The translations under genes and the position numbers were made by a program. Shown here piece by piece: positions 28,023 to 37,406 of a stretch of DNA of 64,000 nucleotides. How positions within the stretch are numbered: the first letter of the stretch is position 1; every line of letters begins with the position of its first letter. The DNA is taken from contig CAWDEM010000008.1 in NCBI GenBank assembly GCA_963801355.1, positions 608,001-672,000 on the forward strand, read 5' to 3'. Origin of the DNA: Ignavibacteriota bacterium (GTDB lineage: Bacteria; Bacteroidota; Ignavibacteria; UBA10030; UBA6906). The notes beneath the pieces are model-generated. The model was given only the letters and a program-made list of their open reading frames with translations, searched no databases and was not told the origin of the DNA.

Positions 28023-28509
28023 CTCAAGTTACGGAGCACGCAGAACAAACACAACCGTCCGGTATTCTGTCACTCATGATATCTATCTATCCATGATGCG
28101 GTCTCCGGAAGAGGTCGGAGAACTCCGGACAGTCGAGTGGGCACCCGCCATGCTCGACATGAATACGATCCATGCGACAGAAGCGCAGGACCAAGCTCGC
28201 AAGTTCATTCATGGCAAAGAGCAACGACGGACGCCCGACAGAGTCGAACCTTCTAACCACTGATTTTTGGTCAAGCCAGCTCAGTCAACAGGCAATAAAA
28301 TGGGTCATTGGGAGGACTTTGAGCGTCGAATCATCGCGCCGAAATGAAAAATCACTACACTTTCAATACACTCGATTCAACTTCGGTTATCAGCCGGTAC
28401 ACCCAACAATAGTGAAGCCCGACGTTGGTCGGGCTCGGCTGTAACTCATTGTCTTATCCACATTTGATTGACTATAGTCCATGGACAATCGACTATTGTC
28501 AATCGGTCG

Positions 28510-28582
28510 TGCACCCACCAGGACTCGAACCTGGAACCCACTGATTAAGAGTCAGTTGCTCTACCAATTGAGCCATGGGTGC
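28510..28582 (-). tRNA. tRNA-Lys (anticodon CTT), CCA not encoded
   Basis: GCACCCA/TGGGTGC acceptor stem, ACTGA-CTCTTAA-TCAGT anticodon arm and GGTTCGAGTCC T arm. Confidence 0.97.
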
Positions 28583-28589
28583 ATTGTTG

Positions 28590-28922
28590 CTACGGCGCAC
28601 TCACCGGCGACTGCGCCGGAGGCAGCTGTGGAGTTGTCGCAGCAGGCTGGTTTGTATTGTTCTGCAACACACTGTTGCCCTCAGTCACACCCCGCGGCAG
28701 GAAAAATATGTTGATGACAAGCGCCAGCACCAGAAATGAGGCCGCAAGGATCTGCGTCGCTCGCATCAAGAAATCAGTTGTGCGGCGAACGCCAAATACC
28801 ACGCCTACCGAACCGCCGCCAAATGTGCCCGCCAATCCACCGCCTTTGCTCGACTGCATCAAGACGACAAGTATTAACAGGACACTTATAATCAGCTCAA
28901 ATACCATCAGGAACGTGAACAT
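28590..28922 (-). CDS. secG: Preprotein translocase subunit SecG
   Basis: LILVVLMQSSKGGGLAGTFGG...FLMRAT. Confidence 0.95.
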   Translation of the reverse strand: MFTFLMVFELIISVLLILVVLMQSSKGGGLAGTFGGGSVGVVFGVRRTTDFLMRATQILAASFLVLALVINIFFLPRGVTEGNSVLQNNTNQPAATTPQLPPAQSPVSAP

Positions 28923-28953
28923 GGATTTCCGTCTTTAGGTTTATAGAGAATTA

Positions 28954-28982
28954 AGTATACGAAACACCCCTGGAAAAATCAA
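28954..28982 (-). promoter_or_regulatory. Sigma70 promoter for secG-tRNA-Lys
   Basis: TTGATT-N17-TATACT. Confidence 0.65.
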
Positions 28983-29632
28983 GTACCAATGCCCCAACGG
29001 GCGAGTTTTTCAGCGGTTATCCCCTCCTTCGCAGAGCCCTCCTTCCCTTCAGTCACTATCCTTTCGATGTACTTCCCCACCAGGTCAAATTCGAGGTTTA
29101 CGCGAGTACCCTCGCGGGCCTTCCCCAACGTCGTGTGCTCCAGCGTGTGGGGAATCACTGATACCGTAAACGTACCCCCCTCCAGCCGGGCAACAGTCAG
29201 ACTGATGCCATCAACCGCAATGGACCCGACCGGGATCAGGTACTTTGAAAACTCCAGGGGATAGGATATTGAGATGAGGTGGCTGCTTAATTGCACTTCA
29301 ATTTGCTTGATGACACCGACGCTATCCACGTGCCCCGCAACAAGATGCCCTCCAAGACGATCACTAAAACGAAGGGGTAGCTCAAGATTCACAAACGACC
29401 CGGTCGCCAGTTCACCCAGGGTCGTCTTGCGGAGGGTCTCCTCCACTGCCTCGACGTGAAACGTTGTGCGATCCTTGAATATCACGGTCTGACAAACCCC
29501 ACTCACTGCCACGCTGTCGTTCACGTGCAGCTCTCCTGCGCATTGCGGGGCGTGAATGGTCAGTCCTATGCCCCCTCCCCTGCGTTCTATGCTCCGGACC
29601 GACCCGATTTCTGTAATGATTCCCGTAAACAC
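28979..29632 (-). CDS. ribE: Riboflavin synthase (alpha chain)
   Basis: (M)FTGII N-terminus, GVCQTV, GGHLVAGHVD and GSIAVDGISLTV. Confidence 0.95.
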   Translation of the reverse strand: MFTGIITEIGSVRSIERRGGGIGLTIHAPQCAGELHVNDSVAVSGVCQTVIFKDRTTFHVEAVEETLRKTTLGELATGSFVNLELPLRFSDRLGGHLVAGHVDSVGVIKQIEVQLSSHLISISYPLEFSKYLIPVGSIAVDGISLTVARLEGGTFTVSVIPHTLEHTTLGKAREGTRVNLEFDLVGKYIERIVTEGKEGSAKEGITAEKLARWGIGT

Positions 29633-29634
29633 TC

Positions 29635-30738
29635 TCACTCCTCCATCCTGAGCCATTTCACCATGATGTCCCTGCCGATCATTCCGGTGCTGAGGTTGTC
29701 AAACCCGGCAGGCCGCGCAGTCGACTTGCCGGGAGCATACACCGGCACCCCATCACCGATGATGGTGGGCGCTATGAAGACCGTCAATTCGTCGACAAGA
29801 TGCGAGCGAAGAAACTGGCCGAACACATCCCCGCCACCCTCCACCAGAACTGATCCCAGGTTGCGGGAGTAGAGAGACTTCAACAACGCTGCCAAGGAAA
29901 TCCTTGAGCGGGACGGAAATGGCAGCAGCACGACGCCGGCTTTTTCCAGTCTCGATACCACACGTCTCCTGCGCTCAAGCGCCGCGCGGGTCGTGGCGAC
30001 AAACACACGGCGGCGCCGCAGGTTCCGAAACAGTCGCGCATCCGCGGGGACAGAGAGGTTCCCATCGACGACGACCACAGCCGGGTTCCTCCCCCCCTCA
30101 ATCCTGGCGGTCAGCCGGGGGTCATCCTCGCGCACGGTCCCCGCTCCGACGAGCACAGCATCATACACCGAACGCCAACGGTGTACGAGCTCACGTGCTT
30201 GCGGCCCGCTAATCCACCGGCGCCTTAAATGCGAGGAGGCAATCATGCCGTCCAGAGACTGTGCGATCTTTACGTGAACGTACGGACGCCCGTGCGTGAT
30301 CCCCATGACAAAATGTCTGTTCAATGCGCGTGCTTCGTCCGCCAGGACCCCGACATCCACCTGTTTCCCGGAGGCGCGCAGATGCGCGATTCCCCTTCCG
30401 CTCACGAGCGGATTCGGGTCAGCCATCGCGATAACAATGCGCGGGATAGGTGTGGCGGCCAGCAGATCGGCACAGGGGGGAGTCTTGCCGTAGTGAGTGC
30501 AGGGTTCAAGATTGACATACAGCGTCGTGCCGTCAAAGCTGCCGCGGTATGCCGCAAGGCACTCGACTTCCGCATGGGGACCGCCGTATGCCTTGTGGAA
30601 CCCTCTGGCCACGATACGGCCGTTCCTGGCCAGCACGGCCCCGACCATAGGATTGGGACTCACCGAGCCTTCGCCGTTCCGCGCAAGGCGGATGCACTCC
30701 AGCATTGCGGTGCGATCCTGGTTCATAGGCCGGTTCAT
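29635..30738 (-). CDS. ribD: Riboflavin biosynthesis deaminase/reductase
   Basis: SPNPMVG, HAEV, LEPCTHYGKTPPC, AQSLDG and VEGG. Confidence 0.95.
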   Translation of the reverse strand: MNRPMNQDRTAMLECIRLARNGEGSVSPNPMVGAVLARNGRIVARGFHKAYGGPHAEVECLAAYRGSFDGTTLYVNLEPCTHYGKTPPCADLLAATPIPRIVIAMADPNPLVSGRGIAHLRASGKQVDVGVLADEARALNRHFVMGITHGRPYVHVKIAQSLDGMIASSHLRRRWISGPQARELVHRWRSVYDAVLVGAGTVREDDPRLTARIEGGRNPAVVVVDGNLSVPADARLFRNLRRRRVFVATTRAALERRRRVVSRLEKAGVVLLPFPSRSRISLAALLKSLYSRNLGSVLVEGGGDVFGQFLRSHLVDELTVFIAPTIIGDGVPVYAPGKSTARPAGFDNLSTGMIGRDIMVKWLRMEE

Positions 30739-32174
30739 CGCTTGAGCGTGAAGAAGAACGTGCTCCCCACACCCACTTTGCTGCTGACGCCGACGGTCCC
30801 GCCGTGCGCTTCGACGATGTGCTTTACGATCGCCAAGCCGAGTCCGGTGCCTCCGACGTCGCGGGAGCGCCCCTTGTCGACCCGGTAGAAGCGCTCGAAG
30901 ATCCGTTCCAGGTGCTCGGCGGGAATGCCGCATCCGGTGTCCTGCACCTCCACCCTGCAGCGGTTCTCCGCAATCACACCCCGCAAAATCACCGATCCGC
31001 CGGGCTCCGTATACTTGACCGCGTTGTTGACAAGATTGGTAATTACCTGGCGGAGGCGGTCACGGTCACCCATGGCCATGACATCGCCGGTGAGTTCCGA
31101 TTCCAGGGTGAATCTCAAGTCATAGGCTTCAGCATGCGGCCGCATCTCCTCTGCCATCTGTTCAAGAAACTCCCGCAGATTGAAATACCGGAAGCTCATT
31201 TTCATCTCTCCCGATTCGATCTGCGAGATCTCAATAAGATCATTCAGCAGCGTGTTGAGGCGCAGGGCCTGGGCGTGTGCCCTATCGAGGAACTGGCGGT
31301 TCACCTGGGGATCGTCCACCGCTCCGTCGCGAAGGGTCTCCAAAAAGCCCTGAATAGAAAAAATGGGTGTGCGCAATTCATGGGACACATTCCCGAGGAA
31401 CTGACTGCGAACCTTCTCCAGTTTGGTGAGCCGTTCGATATCGCTGCTGAGCCTTTCCGCCATTTCGTTGACGGACGTCGCGAGCGAGGCAATCTCGTCG
31501 TTTGTCGAGACCGTGACGCGCTGACGCAGATCCCCATCTCTGATCGCCTGTGCGGTCGTTGCGATATCCAGTATCGGCTTGGTGATGCGGCGCGCGACCC
31601 GGAGACTCAGCAGCAGAATCAGCGCGGTGATGGCAAGTCCGATTGCCCAGATGGTGAGTCTGACGTACGTCGCCACGGCACGCAGCTCCGCCAGGTTCAT
31701 GGCCACACGGACATAGCCGTTCGTCATTGAGGGGTCCGCTGTGCGGTTGAGTACCCGGGCTGCGTAACGATATTCTTCTCCTGTGGTTGCGCTCTTCCGC
31801 GTTGCCATGCCCACCCCTCCCTGCCGCGCGGACAGCACCTCCGCCCTGTCTGCGTGGTTACTCACCCTGGCGAGAGAATCCCGTGGCATGCTTGAGTCGA
31901 ACAGCAAACGACCATCGCTCCCGATAATGCTCAGACGCACCCGGAGGGCATGTGCAGCTCCGCGCAGTGTTGCGTCGCTGGTACCGGAGGGATCAATGGA
32001 CAGATTTCCGCCCTCCAGCAGCCGTGCGAAGAGATCTGTGGCGTCGGCAAGTTCCCGCGCGTTGGTCTCGTCAAGATAGTTGGTCACCTGCCAGGAGGAG
32101 AGAGCGCTGACGAGCACTACACCCGCGAGGAGGAGGATGGTGAACACAGACGCGATGCGTTTGCGAAGTTTCAT
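30735..32174 (-). CDS. phoR: HAMP sensor histidine kinase, PhoR-like
   Basis: NVSHELRTP and FERFYRVDKGRSRDVGGTGLGLAIVKH. Confidence 0.8.
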   Translation of the reverse strand: MKLRKRIASVFTILLLAGVVLVSALSSWQVTNYLDETNARELADATDLFARLLEGGNLSIDPSGTSDATLRGAAHALRVRLSIIGSDGRLLFDSSMPRDSLARVSNHADRAEVLSARQGGVGMATRKSATTGEEYRYAARVLNRTADPSMTNGYVRVAMNLAELRAVATYVRLTIWAIGLAITALILLLSLRVARRITKPILDIATTAQAIRDGDLRQRVTVSTNDEIASLATSVNEMAERLSSDIERLTKLEKVRSQFLGNVSHELRTPIFSIQGFLETLRDGAVDDPQVNRQFLDRAHAQALRLNTLLNDLIEISQIESGEMKMSFRYFNLREFLEQMAEEMRPHAEAYDLRFTLESELTGDVMAMGDRDRLRQVITNLVNNAVKYTEPGGSVILRGVIAENRCRVEVQDTGCGIPAEHLERIFERFYRVDKGRSRDVGGTGLGLAIVKHIVEAHGGTVGVSSKVGVGSTFFFTLKR

Positions 32175-32217
32175 GATATGCCGGCCTGAAGAAAATGCGG
32201 TATCCGGTGTCCGGAGT

Positions 32218-32925
32218 TCAGCCCTGTGGTTTTTGGAACCTGTACCCGACCCCCTTTACCGTCTCGATCACGTCCGCATCTCTGCCGAGTTTCTCGCGGA
32301 TTTTGCGGATGTGCACATCCACCGTACGATCGATGACCACGACGTCGGTACCCCAGAGGGTGTTAAGCAATGACTCGCGTGTGAAGACCCGCCCGGCGTG
32401 GCTGGCGAGCAGTGTCAAAATCTCGAACTCCTTCTTCGGGAAGAACACCTCTTTCTTCCCGATTTTCACCTTGTACGTGGAACGATTGATCTCCAGGTTC
32501 CCGACCGCAATGATCTCCTGTTGAGCGGCGGCATCCCGGACCGGCTGGGCAGTACGGCGGAGCACCGACTTCACGCGAGCCACCAGGGTCCGGGGGCTGA
32601 TCGGCTTCTGGATGTAATCGTCAGCTCCGAGTTCCAACCCCACCACCTCGTCAACTTCGTTCGAGCTTGCCGTAAGAAAAACGACGGGGATCCTTGCGCT
32701 GGCGGGCTGTGCTTTCAGGCGCCGGCAAGTCTCGAAACCGTCCATGACAGGCATCATGATGTCGAGTATGATAAGATCAGGTGCAGGAGAGATTTTGGCG
32801 AGCGCTTCTTTGCCGTTGCGTGCGCCGAGTACTTCGAACCCATCTTTGGTGAGGTTATAGCGGATGAGTTCGACGATATCCTCTTCGTCATCGACGACCA
32901 GGATGCGCTTCTTTTCCGGAGCCAT
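32218..32925 (-). CDS. phoB: OmpR/PhoB-family response regulator
   Basis: REC domain plus winged helix (RTVDVHIRKIREKL, TVKGVGY). Confidence 0.8.
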   Translation of the reverse strand: MAPEKKRILVVDDEEDIVELIRYNLTKDGFEVLGARNGKEALAKISPAPDLIILDIMMPVMDGFETCRRLKAQPASARIPVVFLTASSNEVDEVVGLELGADDYIQKPISPRTLVARVKSVLRRTAQPVRDAAAQQEIIAVGNLEINRSTYKVKIGKKEVFFPKKEFEILTLLASHAGRVFTRESLLNTLWGTDVVVIDRTVDVHIRKIREKLGRDADVIETVKGVGYRFQKPQG

Positions 32926-32932
32926 GAGACCC

Positions 32933-33937
32933 TCAGGAAAGCGTCACTTCTTTCCCGCGTTTTGCCGATCGGTATACCGCATCGACCACCCTCATGCGCT
33001 GTACCGCTTCTTCGCCGGTAGAGATCACCGGATGGATGTTTTTGACGGCGCCGAAAAAATGCCGCAGTTCGTTTTCGTAGGAGCGTTTGAAGAGTGCCGG
33101 CGTGGGTGCGAGCTTGGCGGGAGCAAGGTTTACGAGGTTTCCGTGCAGCTGCTTGTAGATCTTGAGCGGGTTCAGGCTCGCACTGCCGTCGCTGCCGTGC
33201 ACGTAGCAGTAGGAAGTATCCTGTTCAAGGCACATCGACCAGCTCACCTCAATGTTCACGGTCGCGCCGTGCTTCAGCGTCAGCAGGACGATCGAGGTAT
33301 CTTCCACGTTTTTTGTTCTCTGGTGGTAGTGAGCGGCCTTCACACGGCTGACTTCGTCATAGCTCATCATCCAGAGAGCAAGATCCAGCATGATGATCCC
33401 CTGGTCGATGAACACCCCCCCGCCCGACTTCTCCTTCTGGGTGATCCAGGCGGTGTCAAATGTCCGCTTGCGCAGCCACCCGGTGCGTGTGTAGTGGACC
33501 TTGCCGAGTTCCTTGCCGTCAATGAGGCTCTTGAGGATCATTGTATCGGGCCGGAACCGGTGATTCATTCCTACCATGAGCTTGCGTTTGTGTTCCTTCG
33601 CGGCGGCGGCCATCGCTTCGGCTTCGACGTACCTGCGGGCAATAGGCTTTTCGACAAGCACGTCCTTTCCCGCACGGAGGACAGACAGCGTGACATCCCG
33701 GTGAGCGTCGGTGGAGGTACAGACAATCACCGCATCGATTTCTTCCCTTGCGAGCATGTCATCCAGATCGGTATACTGCCTTGCTATCCCGTACTTTTCC
33801 CCGACCAACTGGAGCCGCGCCCTGTCACGGTCGCACAGCGCAACAACTTGAGCTTCGGGCATCTTCATAAGGAGAGGAAGATGGATGACCTGCGCCACCC
33901 ATCCTGCACCAACGACAGCCGTCTTCACGCGTTCCAT
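32933..33937 (-). CDS. Gfo/Idh/MocA-family oxidoreductase
   Basis: VVGAGW, VLVEKP and GGGVFID. Confidence 0.9.
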   Translation of the reverse strand: MERVKTAVVGAGWVAQVIHLPLLMKMPEAQVVALCDRDRARLQLVGEKYGIARQYTDLDDMLAREEIDAVIVCTSTDAHRDVTLSVLRAGKDVLVEKPIARRYVEAEAMAAAAKEHKRKLMVGMNHRFRPDTMILKSLIDGKELGKVHYTRTGWLRKRTFDTAWITQKEKSGGGVFIDQGIIMLDLALWMMSYDEVSRVKAAHYHQRTKNVEDTSIVLLTLKHGATVNIEVSWSMCLEQDTSYCYVHGSDGSASLNPLKIYKQLHGNLVNLAPAKLAPTPALFKRSYENELRHFFGAVKNIHPVISTGEEAVQRMRVVDAVYRSAKRGKEVTLS

Positions 33938-33949
33938 GGTTCAGGAGGA

Positions 33950-35854
33950 TTAGGTAGTGGGTAACGGAATAGTTGTTTTGACGAATGACACGATGCCGTC
34001 AACATCGAGCCGGAGCTCGGCCGCCAGTTCGTCGGGTGCGCCGTGGTCGACGAAGCGGTCGGGGAGGCCGTGCAGATACACCTCGGGTCCCGGAGCGTGG
34101 CGTGACGCATAATACTCCGCCACAGCGCTGCCAAAGCCGCCGATGATCGAGTTGTTTTCGAGGGTAATCACGTGTGCACAGCGATGCCCGATGTCGTCGA
34201 GCAGTTCCCCGTCAAGCGGTTTGATGAACCGCATATTGACGACCTCGCACTGAATGCCATCGCCCTCGAGTACGGCCGCGGCCCGGAGTGCAGGCTGCAC
34301 CATGTCGCCCACAGCGAGGAGGGCTACGTCAGTTCCGCTGCGGAGGATTTCAGCCTTTCCGATCGGGAGAGCGTCGAAACTTTGTTTCAGCGGCACGCCC
34401 ACGCCGTTGCCGCGGGGATAGCGGAGCGCGATGGGGCCATCCTGGTACATGACCGCGGTATAGAGCATATCGCGGAGCTCGTTCTCGTCCTTGGGAGCCA
34501 TGACCACCATCCCGGGGATCAGGCGAAGGTAGCTGAGGTCGAATGCACCGTGATGGGTGGGACCGTCTGCGCCGACAATGCCGCCGCGATCGATGGCAAA
34601 CACGACATGCAGGTGTTGCAGGGCGACATCGTGAATAATCTGGTCGAACGCCCGCTGCAGGAACGTGGAATAGATCGCCACGATAGGGATACAGCCTTCG
34701 GTAGCAAGGCCGGCGGCAAACGTCACGCCGTGTTGTTCGGCAATGCCCACATCGTAGAAACGTTGCGGCAGTTCGCTCTGGAGTTGATCCAGGCCGGTGC
34801 CGTCAGGCATCGCCGCCGTGATGCCAACCACGTTCGGCATCATCCGGGCAAGTTCCACCACCGCGGCGCCGAATACCTTTGTGTATGCGGGAGGGCCGCC
34901 CGTTTTCTTCGCCATAGGTCCGGTGACCTTGTCGAAAGGCGTGACCCCGTGCAAACGCTGCGAATCCTCCTCCGCCGGTTTATAGCCCTTCCCTTTCTGG
35001 GTGATGGTATGAACCAGAATCGGGCCGTTGAAGCTCTTCACTTCCTGAAAGATGCGCACCAGCTGCGTCAGATTATGCCCGTTGATCGGCCCGAAGTAAC
35101 GGAAGCCGAGGGCTTCGAAGAGCATTCCCGGCGTGACGATCACCTTCAAGCCGCCTTCCACCCGGGCGGCCGCTTTGCGAATCCGGTCTCCCCACTGATC
35201 GAGTTTGCCGGTCAGCTCATAGACGTTTCGCTTCACCCTATTGTACTGAGGACTTGCAATCACCTCGGTGAAGTAGTTGGAGATCGCCCAGACATTCGGG
35301 GCGATGGACATGTTGTTATCGTTCAGAACGACGATGAGATTTTTCTTCAGGAGACCGGCATTGTTCATTCCCTCGTAGACCATCCCTCCGGTCATGGATC
35401 CGTCGCCGATCACGGCTATCACGTCGTACTTCGCCCCGGTAAGGTCACGTGCGGCGACCATGCCGAGTGCAGCGGAGATGGAGGTACTTGCGTGGCCCGC
35501 CCCGAATGCGTCGTAGGCGCTCTCGGAGCGCTTGAGGAAACCGCTGAGGCCGTGGTATTGCCGGATCGTGTTGAACCTGTCCTTACGGCCCGTGAGGATC
35601 TTGTGGGGGTACGCCTGGTGCCCGACGTCCCAGATCAGCTTGTCCTGCGGCGTATTGAACACATAGTGCAGCGCGATGGCGAGTTCGACGGCGCCGAGCC
35701 CTGCGCCGAGATGCCCTCCGGTGCTCGCGACAATTTCAATCAGGAATTGCCGGACATCGCTGGCAAGCCCTTTCAATTCCTGCACAGACATGCTCCGCAT
35801 ATCGGCTGGAACGTCAACACGATCAAGATACGGATAGCGGGTGTCGGTACTCAT
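33950..35854 (-). CDS. dxs: 1-deoxy-D-xylulose-5-phosphate synthase
   Basis: WDVGHQAYPHK, GDGSMTGG, DVGIAEQH and GADGPTHHG. Confidence 0.98.
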   Translation of the reverse strand: MSTDTRYPYLDRVDVPADMRSMSVQELKGLASDVRQFLIEIVASTGGHLGAGLGAVELAIALHYVFNTPQDKLIWDVGHQAYPHKILTGRKDRFNTIRQYHGLSGFLKRSESAYDAFGAGHASTSISAALGMVAARDLTGAKYDVIAVIGDGSMTGGMVYEGMNNAGLLKKNLIVVLNDNNMSIAPNVWAISNYFTEVIASPQYNRVKRNVYELTGKLDQWGDRIRKAAARVEGGLKVIVTPGMLFEALGFRYFGPINGHNLTQLVRIFQEVKSFNGPILVHTITQKGKGYKPAEEDSQRLHGVTPFDKVTGPMAKKTGGPPAYTKVFGAAVVELARMMPNVVGITAAMPDGTGLDQLQSELPQRFYDVGIAEQHGVTFAAGLATEGCIPIVAIYSTFLQRAFDQIIHDVALQHLHVVFAIDRGGIVGADGPTHHGAFDLSYLRLIPGMVVMAPKDENELRDMLYTAVMYQDGPIALRYPRGNGVGVPLKQSFDALPIGKAEILRSGTDVALLAVGDMVQPALRAAAVLEGDGIQCEVVNMRFIKPLDGELLDDIGHRCAHVITLENNSIIGGFGSAVAEYYASRHAPGPEVYLHGLPDRFVDHGAPDELAAELRLDVDGIVSFVKTTIPLPTT

Positions 35855-36099
35855 TCCTTTTCTTCTTCGTCAAGTTCTTCAAACGCCCCGTCCGCCTTTT
35901 TGCTCAGCCGTTTCAGGATGAGCTCCGCCTGCGCCAGGCGTTCGCTGCAGGCTTTGGACAGCAGGAGGCCTTCCTCGTACAGGCGCAGGGATTCCTCGAG
36001 CGGAACGTCGCCGCGCTCGAGCCGTTCGACGATGTCCTCCAGACGCTTCAGCGACTCCTCGAACGTCGGGGGGTCCTGCTCACGTTTCTTCGGGGCCAT
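35851..36099 (-). CDS. xseB: Exodeoxyribonuclease VII small subunit
   Basis: FEESLKRLEDIVERLE...LEESLRLYEEG. Confidence 0.95.
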   Translation of the reverse strand: MAPKKREQDPPTFEESLKRLEDIVERLERGDVPLEESLRLYEEGLLLSKACSERLAQAELILKRLSKKADGAFEELDEEEKE

Positions 36100-36104
36100 G
36101 GAGA

Positions 36105-37295
36105 TTACACTATCGTTGATGGAACGTCACCATCATGAAATGAAATCGTTACGTCATCGTGCGCGTGCAAATGCGACGCAGTGCTGATAATTCTGCCATT
36201 CTTCCGGATCATCGTGTATCCCCGTTTCAGCGTACGGCCGGGGTCAAGTGCCTCTAGGCGTTGTCCGGCGCCCTTCATCTGTGACGCCGCAAGTGCGAAC
36301 CGATGTGAAGCGGACGCCCCCATCGAACGCGTCAGCTCATCAATATGCTGACTGTGGTTATGGAGCAGGTCAACAGGCCTATTGAAGGCGTGACTTTTGA
36401 GTAGGTAGCCGATGTGTTCTCTGTGCTGTGCGACCCTGGAGACGAGCGATTCGTGCATAGTATAGGCAAAATCGCGCAAAATCTCAAGGACGGCGACGCG
36501 GTCCTTCACAATGATTTCCGCAGCAGCGCTGGGAGTCGGCGCACGCACATCGGCCACAAAATCCGCGATGGTGAAATCCACCTCATGGCCTACCGCGCTC
36601 ACAACGGGGATGCGCGAGGAGACGATCGAGCGGGCAACCACCTCTTCATTAAACGCCCAGAGGTCTTCCAGTGACCCGCCTCCCCGGGCGACAACGATGA
36701 CATCCACTGTGCCGCAGAAATTCAGGTCGCGCACCGCCTGCGCGATCTCTTCCGCTGCGCCCGCACCCTGCACGCGCACGGGAACCAGCACGAGGGTCAG
36801 CGCAGGGAAACGGCGCCGGAACACGTTCACCATATCATGCAGCACGGCCCCGGTCCGGGAAGTCACGATGCCGATCCGTTCGGGATATTCCGGGAGCGGC
36901 TTCTTACGGCTTCGCTCGAACAAACCCTCCGCGGCGAGTTTCTCTTTCAACCGTTCGAATGCCAGCTGCAGCTCTCCGGCACCGAGGGGATTGACGGATG
37001 CCACATCAATCTGGTACGTCCCGCGGACCTCGTAGACGGTGATACGGCCCGACACAATGACTTTCATGCCGTCGCGCGGCATCACGGTGATGTGCTGCAC
37101 ACGGCTGCGCCAGAGGACTGCGGAAAGCTGGGAGTTTTCATCCTTGAGGGTGAAGTAGACGTGCCCCGAGGAGTGATGTTTGAGGTTGGAGATTTCGCCG
37201 ACCACGACAACGGAGGTGAAGCCGGTTTCGAGCACCTGCTTGATACGGCGCGTCAGCTCGGTGACAGTATATTGCCGGGGTGTATCCGGGTTCAT
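36105..37295 (-). CDS. xseA: Exodeoxyribonuclease VII large subunit
   Basis: GEISN...SGHVYFTLKD, ARGGGSLEDLWAFN and SAVGHE. Confidence 0.97.
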   Translation of the reverse strand: MNPDTPRQYTVTELTRRIKQVLETGFTSVVVVGEISNLKHHSSGHVYFTLKDENSQLSAVLWRSRVQHITVMPRDGMKVIVSGRITVYEVRGTYQIDVASVNPLGAGELQLAFERLKEKLAAEGLFERSRKKPLPEYPERIGIVTSRTGAVLHDMVNVFRRRFPALTLVLVPVRVQGAGAAEEIAQAVRDLNFCGTVDVIVVARGGGSLEDLWAFNEEVVARSIVSSRIPVVSAVGHEVDFTIADFVADVRAPTPSAAAEIIVKDRVAVLEILRDFAYTMHESLVSRVAQHREHIGYLLKSHAFNRPVDLLHNHSQHIDELTRSMGASASHRFALAASQMKGAGQRLEALDPGRTLKRGYTMIRKNGRIISTASHLHAHDDVTISFHDGDVPSTIV

Positions 37296-37406
37296 GGGGG
37301 TGTCACTATTGTGTGCGTTCCTCCCGCCAAAGCACTTGAAGATAGCGAATTTTCCACTTGCAACCACCGTTGAAAGGAAGAAAAAAGAGTCCTATATTGA
37401 TCAACG

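Larger units (their letters stand above)
20345..28508. mobile_element. Island III (~8.2 kb), no intact integrase: T9SS peptidase, HTCS, TA pair
   Basis: Lies between the tRNA gene and its displaced 3' half, with CACTACACT motifs near both ends. Confidence 0.85.

Noticed and set aside
34172-36187. 671-aa plus-strand ORF, and similar ones at 30804-31730, 32864-33964, 60197-61300 and 61351-62643
   Set aside because: Antisense shadows of well-conserved genes in GC-rich DNA, with no recognisable motifs.
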